Origin: Spirochaetales bacterium
Lineage (GTDB): Bacteria > Spirochaetota > Spirochaetia > Treponematales > UBA12059
Assembly: GCA_016928955.1 (NCBI GenBank)
Contig: JAFGJV010000005.1
Location: forward strand, 1 to 44,832
DNA length: 44,832 nucleotides
Reading direction: 5' to 3'
Position numbers and translations under genes: made by a program. Positions within the stretch are counted from its first letter, which is position 1; each line of letters begins with the position of its first letter. This document shows positions 24,786-34,709 of this stretch, one piece after another. Below the pieces are notes generated by a model. That model ran no database searches, was not told the origin of the DNA, and worked only from the letters and a program-made list of their open reading frames with translations.

Positions 24786-27700
24786 ATGACCAAGACAGGG
24801 TCGCACAAGAGCGCTTTTTCGTCGGTCGTGACGATCGTCGCGCTGATCCTATCGGCACTGGTGCTTTCAACCTGCAAGGGCCCCTTGTTCGGGCTCGGCG
24901 GTGCCGTCGACCTGGAAGCTCCCCGGTCAATCGAGGTTACCCCCGGTTCCGGCTCGTACCGTTCCGGCGTCATAGCCGTGAGCGGCGTGGCCGAGGACGC
25001 ATACGGCCTGGCTTCAGCCAGCGTGTCCGTCCTGGACAAAGCCACGGGGCAGGTGCTCAGGACCTACCCGGCCACCGTGTCTGGTTCCACCTGGACCACA
25101 GGCGCCGTGGTGGATACCACGCAGTTCCCTGACGGCCAGTACACCGTGGCCGTTACCCTCAAGGACGCGCGCGGCAACTCGTCGGAGGACCGCGTTCTCA
25201 TAGGCTTTGACAACAGCGCGCCCACCGTGCTGGTGGAGGAGCCCCTGGACCTGGACGCAGAGTACAACGGCTACATCACCCTGGCCGGCCAGGCGCACGA
25301 CAGCATGTCGTCCATCGTGAGCGTCACCGTGGGCGTGTACCGCGCCAGCGACTCAAGCATGGTGGACGAGTTCCTGTCCGCCACCGTGCCCAAATGGGCC
25401 GTGCAGTTCAACGCCGCCGATCCCGCGTACTCCCTGACCCTGGCCGATCTCGTGCTGGTGGTCCAGGCCACCGACGAGGGCGGCAATACCAACACCTGGC
25501 AGTACGAGTACAAGCCCCTGGCCACGGCCAACGCCGGCAGCCCCGTGACCGCGTCCCTTGTGAACCAGCTCGAGTCCCAGGCCCAGGATACGGACACGGT
25601 GGACGGCCTGACCTTCAACAAGGCGACGCTCCTGTCCTACCGCTCCTTCCTGGACCCTGCCGTGCCGGCAGACGCGTCCATACTCAAGGTCAATGTAGAC
25701 AGCGACAAGCCCACGTTCACCTTCGTGACGCCCGGAGAGGCTTCCATCAGCGAGGCCACCGCCGAGCGTTACGCCGGTGGCACCAAGGCAAACGGAACCA
25801 TCAGCGACGACGACAACAACGAAACCATGCTTGCGTGGTACCGCTACGTTCCTTCCACCGGCAATATTGAGGACGGAGCCTGGACCCCCGCCACGGTGGA
25901 AGGCTCCGGTTACGACCAGCGCTGGAGCTTCAACCTTCCAGGAACGAACGGTATCTATAAGATCCAGGTTAGGGCCCAGGACAAAATAGTAGCCGGTAGC
26001 CCGACAGCTGACAGCGTGTTCGGGGAGTCCGCCGTTCGCTATGTGATAGTGGACGATGGACGCCCCTTGGTCAGCATAGACACGAACAATCCCGTACCGT
26101 GGAACCTGTATTACGGTAGCGGCCAGTCCATACTGGTCAGCGGCTCGGCGTCGCGCACCGGCGTCGGGAACTCGATCGTGGACGTTGAGATCCAGGTCGG
26201 CTCGAATCCCTGGGCCGACGTTACGGGTCTTTCGGGACTGGGCACGAACACCGTTACCTGGTCCAGCCATTCTTTGTCCCTGGCTGGCTTGCCAGGCGGA
26301 TCCACCCAGGTTCGGGTACGCGCCCAGGATAATCTGGGCGTATGGGGCCAGGCGGAAGTCCTCATTATCATGGACGTTGACGCCCCGGTCATTACCATCA
26401 GCGACCCGGGCGTGGACCTGAACGGTTCCGTTACCTTCCGGGGCATCACCGAGGACGGCGCGGCGGACGCCTTTATCACCGTGCTCGACCGCGTGCAGGC
26501 CAAGCTGGACGCGGCGTTTACCGCAGATCCCGACGACGGCACCGAGATCACCGGCACCTATTCGTGGTCCTGGCTGTACAACACCCAGAGCCTCTCGGAC
26601 GGCGGCCATACCCTGTACATACGCGCCTGGGACACGGCCGGAAACTCGTCCACCACAAGCCGCGCCTTCACCGTGCTCCAGAGCACGGATAAACCCAGCG
26701 TGGCGGTGAACAACCTTGCAGGCGGCGAGGTTATAGGCGGTACCTTCACGGTGTCAGGCACGGCCAGTGACGACGACGGCGTGGCATCCGTTGACGACGG
26801 CATCCAGATTCTGATCGAGCGCGAGGATCCTCCGGCCACCTGGACCGTTTACCAGGCCTGGACGGACATAGCATCCCGCTCAGGCTCGCCGTCAGCGTAC
26901 TCGTGGACCTATGCCCTGCCCTCCCTGCCCTCGGGCAGCTACCGCGTGAGCGTCCGCGCGCGCGACATCAATTCCGTCGTGGGCGACTACGGCTCGGCGG
27001 CCCTGCCCCAGGCCAACTACTGGGCGTCCACCGCGGCCCTGGCCATCAACGTGGACAACGACGTGCCCGTGGTCAACCAGGCTGCCTTCGTCCCAGCCAC
27101 CGGCTCCTACGTCAACGCCGGCTTCACGCTCTCAGGCACCATCACCGAGGACAAGGGCCTGTCTGCGGTCACCGTGTACGTCAACGGCACGGCCCGCGGC
27201 AGCGCCACCGTGACCGGCGCCGCGCCCACGTACTCCTTCGAGTTCGCCGTGGACCAGGCCTGGCTCACCGGCGTCGGCGGCGCCAACGCCATACGCGTGG
27301 ACGCTACCGATACCTCAGACCCGGCCAAAACCGGCTCCGGCCAGATCCAGGTGATCTTTGACGACTCGGAACCTTCGGCGTCCTTCCTGACCCCGGATGA
27401 CGGCTCAACGGTCAACGGCCTCATAGCCGTGAGCGGCACGGCCAGCGACAACAACCAGGTAAGCGCCCTGTACTACGCCGTTGCCACGTCGGCCCCGGCC
27501 TGGCCGGGCGGCTACACCCTGCTTACCGGGCAGAAATACTCCTTCAACTTCACCCTGGACACCACCGCCTATACCGACGACACGGCCTACACCGTGTACG
27601 TTGTGGCCGTTGACGGAGCGGGCAACGATTCGTCGCTGTCTCCCGCGACCCTGGCCATCGATATCGACCAGGACTCGGACCGGCCCATCATCAAGCTGTC

Positions 27701-30700
27701 CAACGTGGATCCCGACGGCCTGCCGTCGCAGACCACGCTCAAGATGTCCAACACCGTGTACGGCAGCGTGTCCGACGACGACGGTACCCTGACCTCGCTG
27801 GAAGTCAGCGAGGACGGCTCGGCCTGGTCGGCGGTCACCCTGTCGGGCGGCACCTTCAGCTACGACTCGTCCGCGGGCGACGGGGTCAAGACCCTGTGGT
27901 TCCGCGTGGTCGACAAGCTCGGCCGCTCCTTTGCCACCAACGCGGCGGCCAGCGCCGACCGCCCGCGCATAGAGAACGGGGCGCCGGGCATGTACATCGA
28001 GTCCACCGTGTCATACAGCGTGGACACCAAATTCCCGGACGTGTTCTCCGTCATATCGACCGACCGCACGGCCGCCTACGACTTTGCGGACGCCGTTGAC
28101 CTGGTCAACAGCATGTCCTTCGGCGGCTCGTCCGGCGTGTTCAAGGTACGCGTCCTGGCCACGGACGAATCCGGCATAGGCTCGGTCAGCGTGGCCGTGC
28201 CAGGCGCCTCCGGCTCGCCCTTCGCGGCCACGGCCAACGGCACCGAGGTCCAGGGCGGCACCACATACACGCGCTACGACACCGGCCTCATAGACGTGAC
28301 CAGCGGCATAACGGACGGCGCCCTGACCGTCACCATAGGCGTCACCGACGCGTCCAACCTGACCAGCACCCTGATACGCACCATCATCATTGACAACACG
28401 GCACCCTCGTACTCGGTGACCACGCCGGCCATGAACGAGGTGGTCAACGGCGACATCACCATCAAGGGAACGGCCCTGGACCAGACGGCCGGCCTTGCCA
28501 GCGTCGAGTACAAACTGGGTTACAACCACGCCGGCGAGGCATGGGCGCCGGTGGACGGCTCCATATACAGCTGGGAGATAGACCTGACCGGCGCCAACAA
28601 GTCGGACCTGTACGCCGGCAAGGCCGTGACCGCGGACTATGCATCCGACTATCTTCTCGCCACGGCACACGGGCTGGCGGACGGCACCATGGTCTTCTTC
28701 AGCGCCGCGACCCTGCCCGGAGGCCTGTCGGCCGCCACCACCTATTACGTTCGCGACTCCAGCGCCAACCAGTTCAAGGTCGCTCTCGCTCCCGCCGACC
28801 CCGCCGTGAACATCACCAGCAATGGTTCCGACGTGTTCGCGAGCGCCGAATCCAAGGATCCCGACAACGACCAGATATGGGATTTCCCCATACTTCTGCG
28901 CGCCACGGACAACGCCGGCAACCAGATCGTCACCACGGTCACGGATTACGTCATCAAGCTGGACCCGGGCGGGGATCGGCCGCGCGTAACCGTCTCCTAT
29001 CCCGACGAGCCGGGCAAGACTTTGGGCGGCACCATACGCGTGTACGGCCTGGCCACGGACGACGACGCGGTGAACTCGGTGTACATGCAGGTTGACGACA
29101 CGGGCGACGGCGTTGCCGACACGGACAGCCTGGGCACCGACTGGTACAACGGAGGGCTCGGGCAACCGGTAACCGGCTCGGCCAACTGGTACCGCATCAT
29201 CAATCAGAGCGGCGAGTTCGACCCGGTATCGGGCACCAACACCATCCACATACGCGCCCGCGGACAGGACATATACGGCACCTACGGCGCGTGGACGGCC
29301 TGGCAGGAAATCATCATAGACAAGAACGTGCCTCAGTTCGGCTCGCAGTCCGACATAGCCCTGGACCCAGACGCCACCCCGGCCAGCGGCAATGAAGACG
29401 TGTACGCCGTGGGCATGTGGGTCAACGGCGCCACCGTGTACCTGCGCGGCTCCATCACCGACGACGGCGGCATCACGGCCATCGAGGTTGACGGGTCGGT
29501 AAGCGGCTCCCTGGCCCTCAATCCCACCTGGTTCACCGCAGGCTATTCCGGCACCGGCTACGACATGGCCATTCCCATCACGCTGGACGCGGGAGCCTCG
29601 GGAGTCAAACAGCTGACCATCACCGCGTACGACAACAGCGCCACCCCGCGGGAGAGCGTCTTCGAGGTTCGCTTCAACTTCGACAACCAGGCTCCCACAG
29701 CCACCCTCAACGCGGCGGCCAGTCCCGCCGCCGTGGCCCAGAGCGATGGCTGGTACAAGGTCAAAGGCACGGCTCTTGACGACGGCTCGGACATAGACCG
29801 GGTTGAGGTGTACTTCGTACGCCGCGGCAACGGCAGCACCACCTTTGACCGCATATACAACCCTGGCCAGACCAACACCTGGGCCCTCCTGTCCAGCGTG
29901 GACTTCACGGACAACTACCCCACCCTCCAGGGCACGGCCAGCCGAGGCACCGAGTTTACCCTGACCCACGCGGCCCTTGCCAACAACAAGCTCATAGCTG
30001 TGGGCCAGAAAATCCTGGTCGGACCCGAGCTGCGCACCATCAGCGACTACGACAGCGCTACCGGCCTCATTACTTGGGCCGACGGCACCGTACTCACGTC
30101 GGAAACCTCGTACACCATCAGGCTCGGCCTCCAGGTCGACCACAAGGACACCATTGAGACGTCTGCGGTGGCCCAAGGCACCGTCGACCGGAGCGCCGGC
30201 CAGGAGAAAACCCTTGTGGACCCCGCCCTGTCGTCCAACACGGACATAAGCGTGGGCGACACGCTGAAAATCAACGGTGAGTACCGCATCATAGACACCT
30301 GGACACCGGGCACGGGCACCATCACCTGGACGGGTTTGGACGTGGCCGTTGGCGCTGGCCAGGCATACGAGGTCTACTCCGTTCTCAACGACGACATAGA
30401 CCACTACGTGGAGTACCTCAAGCAGACCAGCGGCATAGAGTACACCTGGTCGGTGGACATTAAGAGCGACGCCATACCGGACGGCCCCATAGAGATCCAC
30501 TACGTGGCCTTTGATACCGCGGGCAACCGCACCCACTACCAGACCACCGGTTACAAGGTCCAGAACAACGGGCCGCGCGTCGGCGCCATCGTGCTGGGTT
30601 CTGACCTGGACGGCAACGGCAGCGTCGATCCCCTGACCGAGACCGTGCAGTACGAGTATGACAGCGACACCGCTCTTACCGAGACCAAGGCCTTTGCGCT

Positions 30701-33338
30701 TACCGTCAAGGACGGACCCATGTACATAGAGCCCGTGGTCACCAACGGCAACGGGGACCTCCATCTGTGGATGACCGGCGCCCACACCCTGAGCGACTAC
30801 GCCCTGCGCACCGCCGGGACCGTGGATCCCATCGAGGTCATAGACGACGCCGAGCTGGCCGCCATGGGCGACGGCTCGCGTACCTTCACCATGGCCATCT
30901 GGGACGAGACCGAGGAAACCGAGCCGAACGTGGACAGCTTGAGCATCACGCGCGGCGCCACGGTGACCGTGGACTACGTGGACGGCGTGAAGCCCCACGC
31001 CGCCATCCGCCCGTTCTACTGGAACGACGAGGACGACAATTCCCTGTTTGAAAACAGCCGGGACAACGGCCACATAGAAATCACCGGCGTGACGCTGTAC
31101 GGCACAAGCGACCCTGACGTGTCCGGCAAGATCAGCGTGCGCGGCGTGGCCTACGACGACCAGCGCATCACGGCCATATACGCGTACATGGACGGCTATA
31201 CCTTCACTGGAGGCACCACCAAGACGATCGGCGCCTACACCTACACCCTCTTGTCCACCTACTCGGGTGGCTCGTGGACGGACGTGGACCAGTGGGCTAC
31301 CAACGGCTGGAAAGCCACCGTCACGGACGCCGGAATTGGCCAGGACGGCCACCGGATATCCTGGCTGCTGGACATAGACACCGGCAATAGCACGAACTTT
31401 GCGAGCCTTGCGGACACTGACCGCTTCATACGCGTTGTGGTTGAGGACAGGGCGGTAAGCCCCAGCCTTGAGACCGCCACGGCCAGCACGCTCACGGGCA
31501 CGGGAACGCGCCCCGCCATAAACAGCATCGTCGTCACTCCGGATCCGGACATCAAGCCTGGCCAGCTCGTCGTATTGGGTTCCGGCGACCAGGCATACGC
31601 GAGCCGCATCAGCTCCTACGACGCTGGCACCATCGTGTTCGCGTCCGCCGTAGACCAGGCCATAACGGCGTACACCATCTACCTGGACGGCCACCAGAAC
31701 CCCCTGTACCAGGTGGACGTTGTGCCGTACATAACGAGCATAGTCCGCGCGTCCAACAGCACCAGGTCAAGGCTGGGCAAGTATCCGCTGAGGAATTCCG
31801 AGGCCAACGTCATTGTGTCCGGCTTCAATCTCTTCACCTCGGCCACGCAGGACACCGACAACTGGATACGGATATACAGCGCGGCAACGGCCGGCAACTC
31901 AGACGCGGACGCCCTGGTCATAGAGGCCGCTCCCGCTCCGTCTACCAGCTCCTTCGAAATGACCATGAATGCCAACTCCAATTCAGGCTGGTTCCGACTG
32001 TCAGTGAACGGCATAGAGGCCATCAACAACATAGACGACAACGCCAAGGAGTGGAACAAAGAGATCGATGCGAGCAGCGCGGCGTCGACCGCCTCCTGGA
32101 CAAACGACCGCTACCTGATGCTGTTCAGGACGGGAGATTCCTTCAGGGACTCCCTGGACCCGGAATACGTATCGATGTCCTTTGACGCCAACAATAACCG
32201 TCTTGTAGGTGAATGGAGCAACTCGGGTTATTCGGCAACTTATTACGGCACGCCGGTGTCTGACGGTAATACCCGGACGCAGCTTTTCGCAACCTATGAT
32301 CCACCAACTTGGACAGACATATATGTGGAACCCGATGGCACGGTACACAGTGTTATTCTGGAGGATTACAATAATGGCGGTACCACATGGGGATTCCTTG
32401 CGGCTTACAGGAATACCGGCTCCAGGGTTTCAATTGAGGAATTAGGAGACGACAACCCTGACACGCCCCAGTCGGGTGACGGTTATGACGAAAAACTCCA
32501 CCAGTTCAGAAACGCAAGAATAGCCGTGCGGCCAGCGACAAATGACGTGTATGTCAGTTACTATGATTATTTCTCAAAGTGCCTTAAATACGGCCGCATG
32601 CTCAATGGTGCCCAGACCTTCGTTTCCGCGAACGGACACATGACTGATTCGGCCACTGTTGTGGCCGGTGTGGACGATTTCAGTGTAACTACGACTGACC
32701 CGGATGCTGGCTTGTGGTCAGATATACAGATCGACGACATAGGAGGTACGGATACGACATCCTGGCGGCCAGTGATTGTCTTCTATGACAACACAAATGA
32801 AAAGCTCAGGATTGCTCGCGGAAACTCCAATCAGCCTAGCGGAGCGGCCAACTGGACAATCAATGATGTTCCAGGTGGTTCCTATATGGGTTCTGGCTCA
32901 CTGTCCATGAAGATAGACGCGACCGGAGACCTTCATATAGTCACACGCGATGGCTATCAAGGCGGGTTGTATTACTTCCACGCCGATAACATCGATGGTA
33001 CCGGGTCTTATACCTTCGATGCGCCTGTTCTTATAGACGGGCAGACCGCAGACGGATCTTGGGCTGATTTGGCCTTAAACGGCACCTCTCCTATCATTTC
33101 CTACAAGAACGGCACCTCGTACAAGGGCCTCAAATACGCGTATGTGGCGAGCGGTACGGGCCTGTCGAGCTCGGATTGGGAATATATGATAGTCCCGTCT
33201 GCCACCGCCGTGGCAGACCAGCGCACAAACATCGAGTACACGGCCAGCGCCACGGACTTCCCGTATGACGGCAACGTGGCCTTTGGTTACGCGGCGTCCA
33301 ACTTCCAGATCATATACCTCAGGCGGCAGGTGCCATGA
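24786..33338 (+). CDS. Giant Ig-like (Big) repeat surface lipoprotein / adhesin-like protein, 2850 aa
   Basis: SD GGAGG; lipobox LSTC; many ~100-aa repeats of the type D..P.V....P......G.I.V.GTA.D......V...A.D.AGN; Thr/Asp/Gly-rich; distinct C-terminal region. Confidence 0.9.
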   Translation: MTKTGSHKSAFSSVVTIVALILSALVLSTCKGPLFGLGGAVDLEAPRSIEVTPGSGSYRSGVIAVSGVAEDAYGLASASVSVLDKATGQVLRTYPATVSGSTWTTGAVVDTTQFPDGQYTVAVTLKDARGNSSEDRVLIGFDNSAPTVLVEEPLDLDAEYNGYITLAGQAHDSMSSIVSVTVGVYRASDSSMVDEFLSATVPKWAVQFNAADPAYSLTLADLVLVVQATDEGGNTNTWQYEYKPLATANAGSPVTASLVNQLESQAQDTDTVDGLTFNKATLLSYRSFLDPAVPADASILKVNVDSDKPTFTFVTPGEASISEATAERYAGGTKANGTISDDDNNETMLAWYRYVPSTGNIEDGAWTPATVEGSGYDQRWSFNLPGTNGIYKIQVRAQDKIVAGSPTADSVFGESAVRYVIVDDGRPLVSIDTNNPVPWNLYYGSGQSILVSGSASRTGVGNSIVDVEIQVGSNPWADVTGLSGLGTNTVTWSSHSLSLAGLPGGSTQVRVRAQDNLGVWGQAEVLIIMDVDAPVITISDPGVDLNGSVTFRGITEDGAADAFITVLDRVQAKLDAAFTADPDDGTEITGTYSWSWLYNTQSLSDGGHTLYIRAWDTAGNSSTTSRAFTVLQSTDKPSVAVNNLAGGEVIGGTFTVSGTASDDDGVASVDDGIQILIEREDPPATWTVYQAWTDIASRSGSPSAYSWTYALPSLPSGSYRVSVRARDINSVVGDYGSAALPQANYWASTAALAINVDNDVPVVNQAAFVPATGSYVNAGFTLSGTITEDKGLSAVTVYVNGTARGSATVTGAAPTYSFEFAVDQAWLTGVGGANAIRVDATDTSDPAKTGSGQIQVIFDDSEPSASFLTPDDGSTVNGLIAVSGTASDNNQVSALYYAVATSAPAWPGGYTLLTGQKYSFNFTLDTTAYTDDTAYTVYVVAVDGAGNDSSLSPATLAIDIDQDSDRPIIKLSNVDPDGLPSQTTLKMSNTVYGSVSDDDGTLTSLEVSEDGSAWSAVTLSGGTFSYDSSAGDGVKTLWFRVVDKLGRSFATNAAASADRPRIENGAPGMYIESTVSYSVDTKFPDVFSVISTDRTAAYDFADAVDLVNSMSFGGSSGVFKVRVLATDESGIGSVSVAVPGASGSPFAATANGTEVQGGTTYTRYDTGLIDVTSGITDGALTVTIGVTDASNLTSTLIRTIIIDNTAPSYSVTTPAMNEVVNGDITIKGTALDQTAGLASVEYKLGYNHAGEAWAPVDGSIYSWEIDLTGANKSDLYAGKAVTADYASDYLLATAHGLADGTMVFFSAATLPGGLSAATTYYVRDSSANQFKVALAPADPAVNITSNGSDVFASAESKDPDNDQIWDFPILLRATDNAGNQIVTTVTDYVIKLDPGGDRPRVTVSYPDEPGKTLGGTIRVYGLATDDDAVNSVYMQVDDTGDGVADTDSLGTDWYNGGLGQPVTGSANWYRIINQSGEFDPVSGTNTIHIRARGQDIYGTYGAWTAWQEIIIDKNVPQFGSQSDIALDPDATPASGNEDVYAVGMWVNGATVYLRGSITDDGGITAIEVDGSVSGSLALNPTWFTAGYSGTGYDMAIPITLDAGASGVKQLTITAYDNSATPRESVFEVRFNFDNQAPTATLNAAASPAAVAQSDGWYKVKGTALDDGSDIDRVEVYFVRRGNGSTTFDRIYNPGQTNTWALLSSVDFTDNYPTLQGTASRGTEFTLTHAALANNKLIAVGQKILVGPELRTISDYDSATGLITWADGTVLTSETSYTIRLGLQVDHKDTIETSAVAQGTVDRSAGQEKTLVDPALSSNTDISVGDTLKINGEYRIIDTWTPGTGTITWTGLDVAVGAGQAYEVYSVLNDDIDHYVEYLKQTSGIEYTWSVDIKSDAIPDGPIEIHYVAFDTAGNRTHYQTTGYKVQNNGPRVGAIVLGSDLDGNGSVDPLTETVQYEYDSDTALTETKAFALTVKDGPMYIEPVVTNGNGDLHLWMTGAHTLSDYALRTAGTVDPIEVIDDAELAAMGDGSRTFTMAIWDETEETEPNVDSLSITRGATVTVDYVDGVKPHAAIRPFYWNDEDDNSLFENSRDNGHIEITGVTLYGTSDPDVSGKISVRGVAYDDQRITAIYAYMDGYTFTGGTTKTIGAYTYTLLSTYSGGSWTDVDQWATNGWKATVTDAGIGQDGHRISWLLDIDTGNSTNFASLADTDRFIRVVVEDRAVSPSLETATASTLTGTGTRPAINSIVVTPDPDIKPGQLVVLGSGDQAYASRISSYDAGTIVFASAVDQAITAYTIYLDGHQNPLYQVDVVPYITSIVRASNSTRSRLGKYPLRNSEANVIVSGFNLFTSATQDTDNWIRIYSAATAGNSDADALVIEAAPAPSTSSFEMTMNANSNSGWFRLSVNGIEAINNIDDNAKEWNKEIDASSAASTASWTNDRYLMLFRTGDSFRDSLDPEYVSMSFDANNNRLVGEWSNSGYSATYYGTPVSDGNTRTQLFATYDPPTWTDIYVEPDGTVHSVILEDYNNGGTTWGFLAAYRNTGSRVSIEELGDDNPDTPQSGDGYDEKLHQFRNARIAVRPATNDVYVSYYDYFSKCLKYGRMLNGAQTFVSANGHMTDSATVVAGVDDFSVTTTDPDAGLWSDIQIDDIGGTDTTSWRPVIVFYDNTNEKLRIARGNSNQPSGAANWTINDVPGGSYMGSGSLSMKIDATGDLHIVTRDGYQGGLYYFHADNIDGTGSYTFDAPVLIDGQTADGSWADLALNGTSPIISYKNGTSYKGLKYAYVASGTGLSSSDWEYMIVPSATAVADQRTNIEYTASATDFPYDGNVAFGYAASNFQIIYLRRQVP

Positions 33339-33361
33339 CGGCTGTCGCGCAATGACGACAG

Positions 33362-33395
33362 GGCCATCCGGACCGCAGTCCGGGTGGCCTTTTTT
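33362..33395 (+). terminator. Rho-independent terminator
   Basis: GGCCATCCGGAC-cgca-GTCCGGGTGGCC followed by TTTTTT. Confidence 0.85.
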
Positions 33396-34596
33396 ATCCC
33401 CTGAGCCAGTCCCGCAGTTCGCGGGCGGCGGCCTTGGCTGAAGCGGCGTCTGCAAAGGCGTCCCGGTACAGGCCGTTGACCACGTACCGGGACGCGGCCA
33501 CCGCGGCCAGGGCGTCGGCGGCCTGGATATCGGGCGCGGCCGCCGCGGCCAGGGCGCTTGAGCGGCCGGACAGGGCAGCCATTTCCTTGCCCAAGGCCGG
33601 ATCGTACAGGCCGCGCAGGGCATCAAGGGCTGACGCTCTGGATCCTACGATGGACGCCAGGGTCAGCGGGGCCACGATGGCGTCCTTGGGCGCGCCGCTG
33701 GCCGCAGGAAAGCGGGAACTACCGTACTCGTTGATGGCAGCATAGTCCACGCTCCGCCTGAACGACAGGGACTGGATGGCCATGAAAACCGAGCCGCCGT
33801 GTAGCAGAGCGCGCAGGTCTGCCGCTTTCAGGGCGTGCCACTCGGGGTGCACGAGGCCCAGGCGTATCCACGACTTAAGGCGCCCGGCGGCCGCCAGCAA
33901 GGCAACGGAACCCGGGCTTTGGCCGCCCGAGCCGCCCAGGACGTCGGCCATACCCGTGCCGCTGGCAAGAGCCTGCCTGGCGCTTTCGTAGCCCTGGTAT
34001 CCTGTTTCCGCCACCAGCATGACGGACAGCGCCTGGAGAAGGCTTTCGTCGTCGCCGCCGCAGAATACCAGGGGCCAGGCCGAACGTTCACGAGCGTCGC
34101 CAGAGGCATCTTTTAAGGAAGACCAGCGTTCAAGGGCCCGTTCCAGGTCCTCAAGGCTGGTCGGCTGGCTGAGGCCAGCCATGCCCATGCGCTGTTTGCT
34201 CCACGCTAGCTCAACGTGGTCCACGAGCACGGGCAGGGCCCGTTGCGTGCCGTTTACGGCGCCCGCCGCTCGGAGACTCGGGACGGTGAGCATGGCCAGG
34301 TCAAGAGGCAGTTCGGAGAAGGTCCGGTCACGGTACGCGAGAGCCGCTCGGTACACAAGCAGGCCACCAGGTAGCGTATCCCGCTCACTGTCGTCAGCGA
34401 CCAGCGATATCCGCGCCGTATCCGGGAGGCCCAGGCGGACTGCCAGGACTTCCGCGTCGGTCAGGCCAATGAGGGCGACGCGCGGCAACCAGGGCGACCA
34501 AAGCGCAACAACGAGCACGAGCGCGACGGAGGCCGCGACGGCCATCCATAAACGGAACACGCCCCTTGGGGCGCCTGATGCTGGATCGGCTTTCAT
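33394..34596 (-). CDS. Hypothetical membrane-anchored protein, possibly a degenerate extracellular solute-binding protein
   Basis: N-terminal TM; ALPVLVDHVELAW..K and PTSLEDLE resemble the sugar-binding SBP motifs alP......l.YNK and P.TwdEl. Confidence 0.6.
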   Translation of the reverse strand: MKADPASGAPRGVFRLWMAVAASVALVLVVALWSPWLPRVALIGLTDAEVLAVRLGLPDTARISLVADDSERDTLPGGLLVYRAALAYRDRTFSELPLDLAMLTVPSLRAAGAVNGTQRALPVLVDHVELAWSKQRMGMAGLSQPTSLEDLERALERWSSLKDASGDARERSAWPLVFCGGDDESLLQALSVMLVAETGYQGYESARQALASGTGMADVLGGSGGQSPGSVALLAAAGRLKSWIRLGLVHPEWHALKAADLRALLHGGSVFMAIQSLSFRRSVDYAAINEYGSSRFPAASGAPKDAIVAPLTLASIVGSRASALDALRGLYDPALGKEMAALSGRSSALAAAAAPDIQAADALAAVAASRYVVNGLYRDAFADAASAKAAARELRDWLRG

Positions 34597-34602
34597 GGCT
34601 AC

Positions 34603-34632
34603 ACTATACATTCCGCCACCTGGCCTTGCCAA
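34603..34632 (-). promoter_or_regulatory. Putative leaderless promoter
   Basis: TTGGCA-N18-TATAGT-N6-ATG(34596); no SD. Confidence 0.55.
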
Positions 34633-34709
34633 TCGAGCATTGGCCCTTGCCTACCCATGCCGGGATATGTAAAATTCACCCTGAGCGTCGCGAGCGCCGG
34701 AGGTATATC

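Noticed and set aside
28011..31694. 1227-aa minus-strand ORF
   Set aside because: Antisense shadow of the giant lipoprotein caused by strong GC3 bias; V/G/A/R-rich with no motifs. The same applies to 25353-26609 and 22652-23818.
32190..33338. Diversity-generating retroelement target at the adhesin C-terminus
   Set aside because: No reverse transcriptase and no template/variable repeat pair seen in the window.
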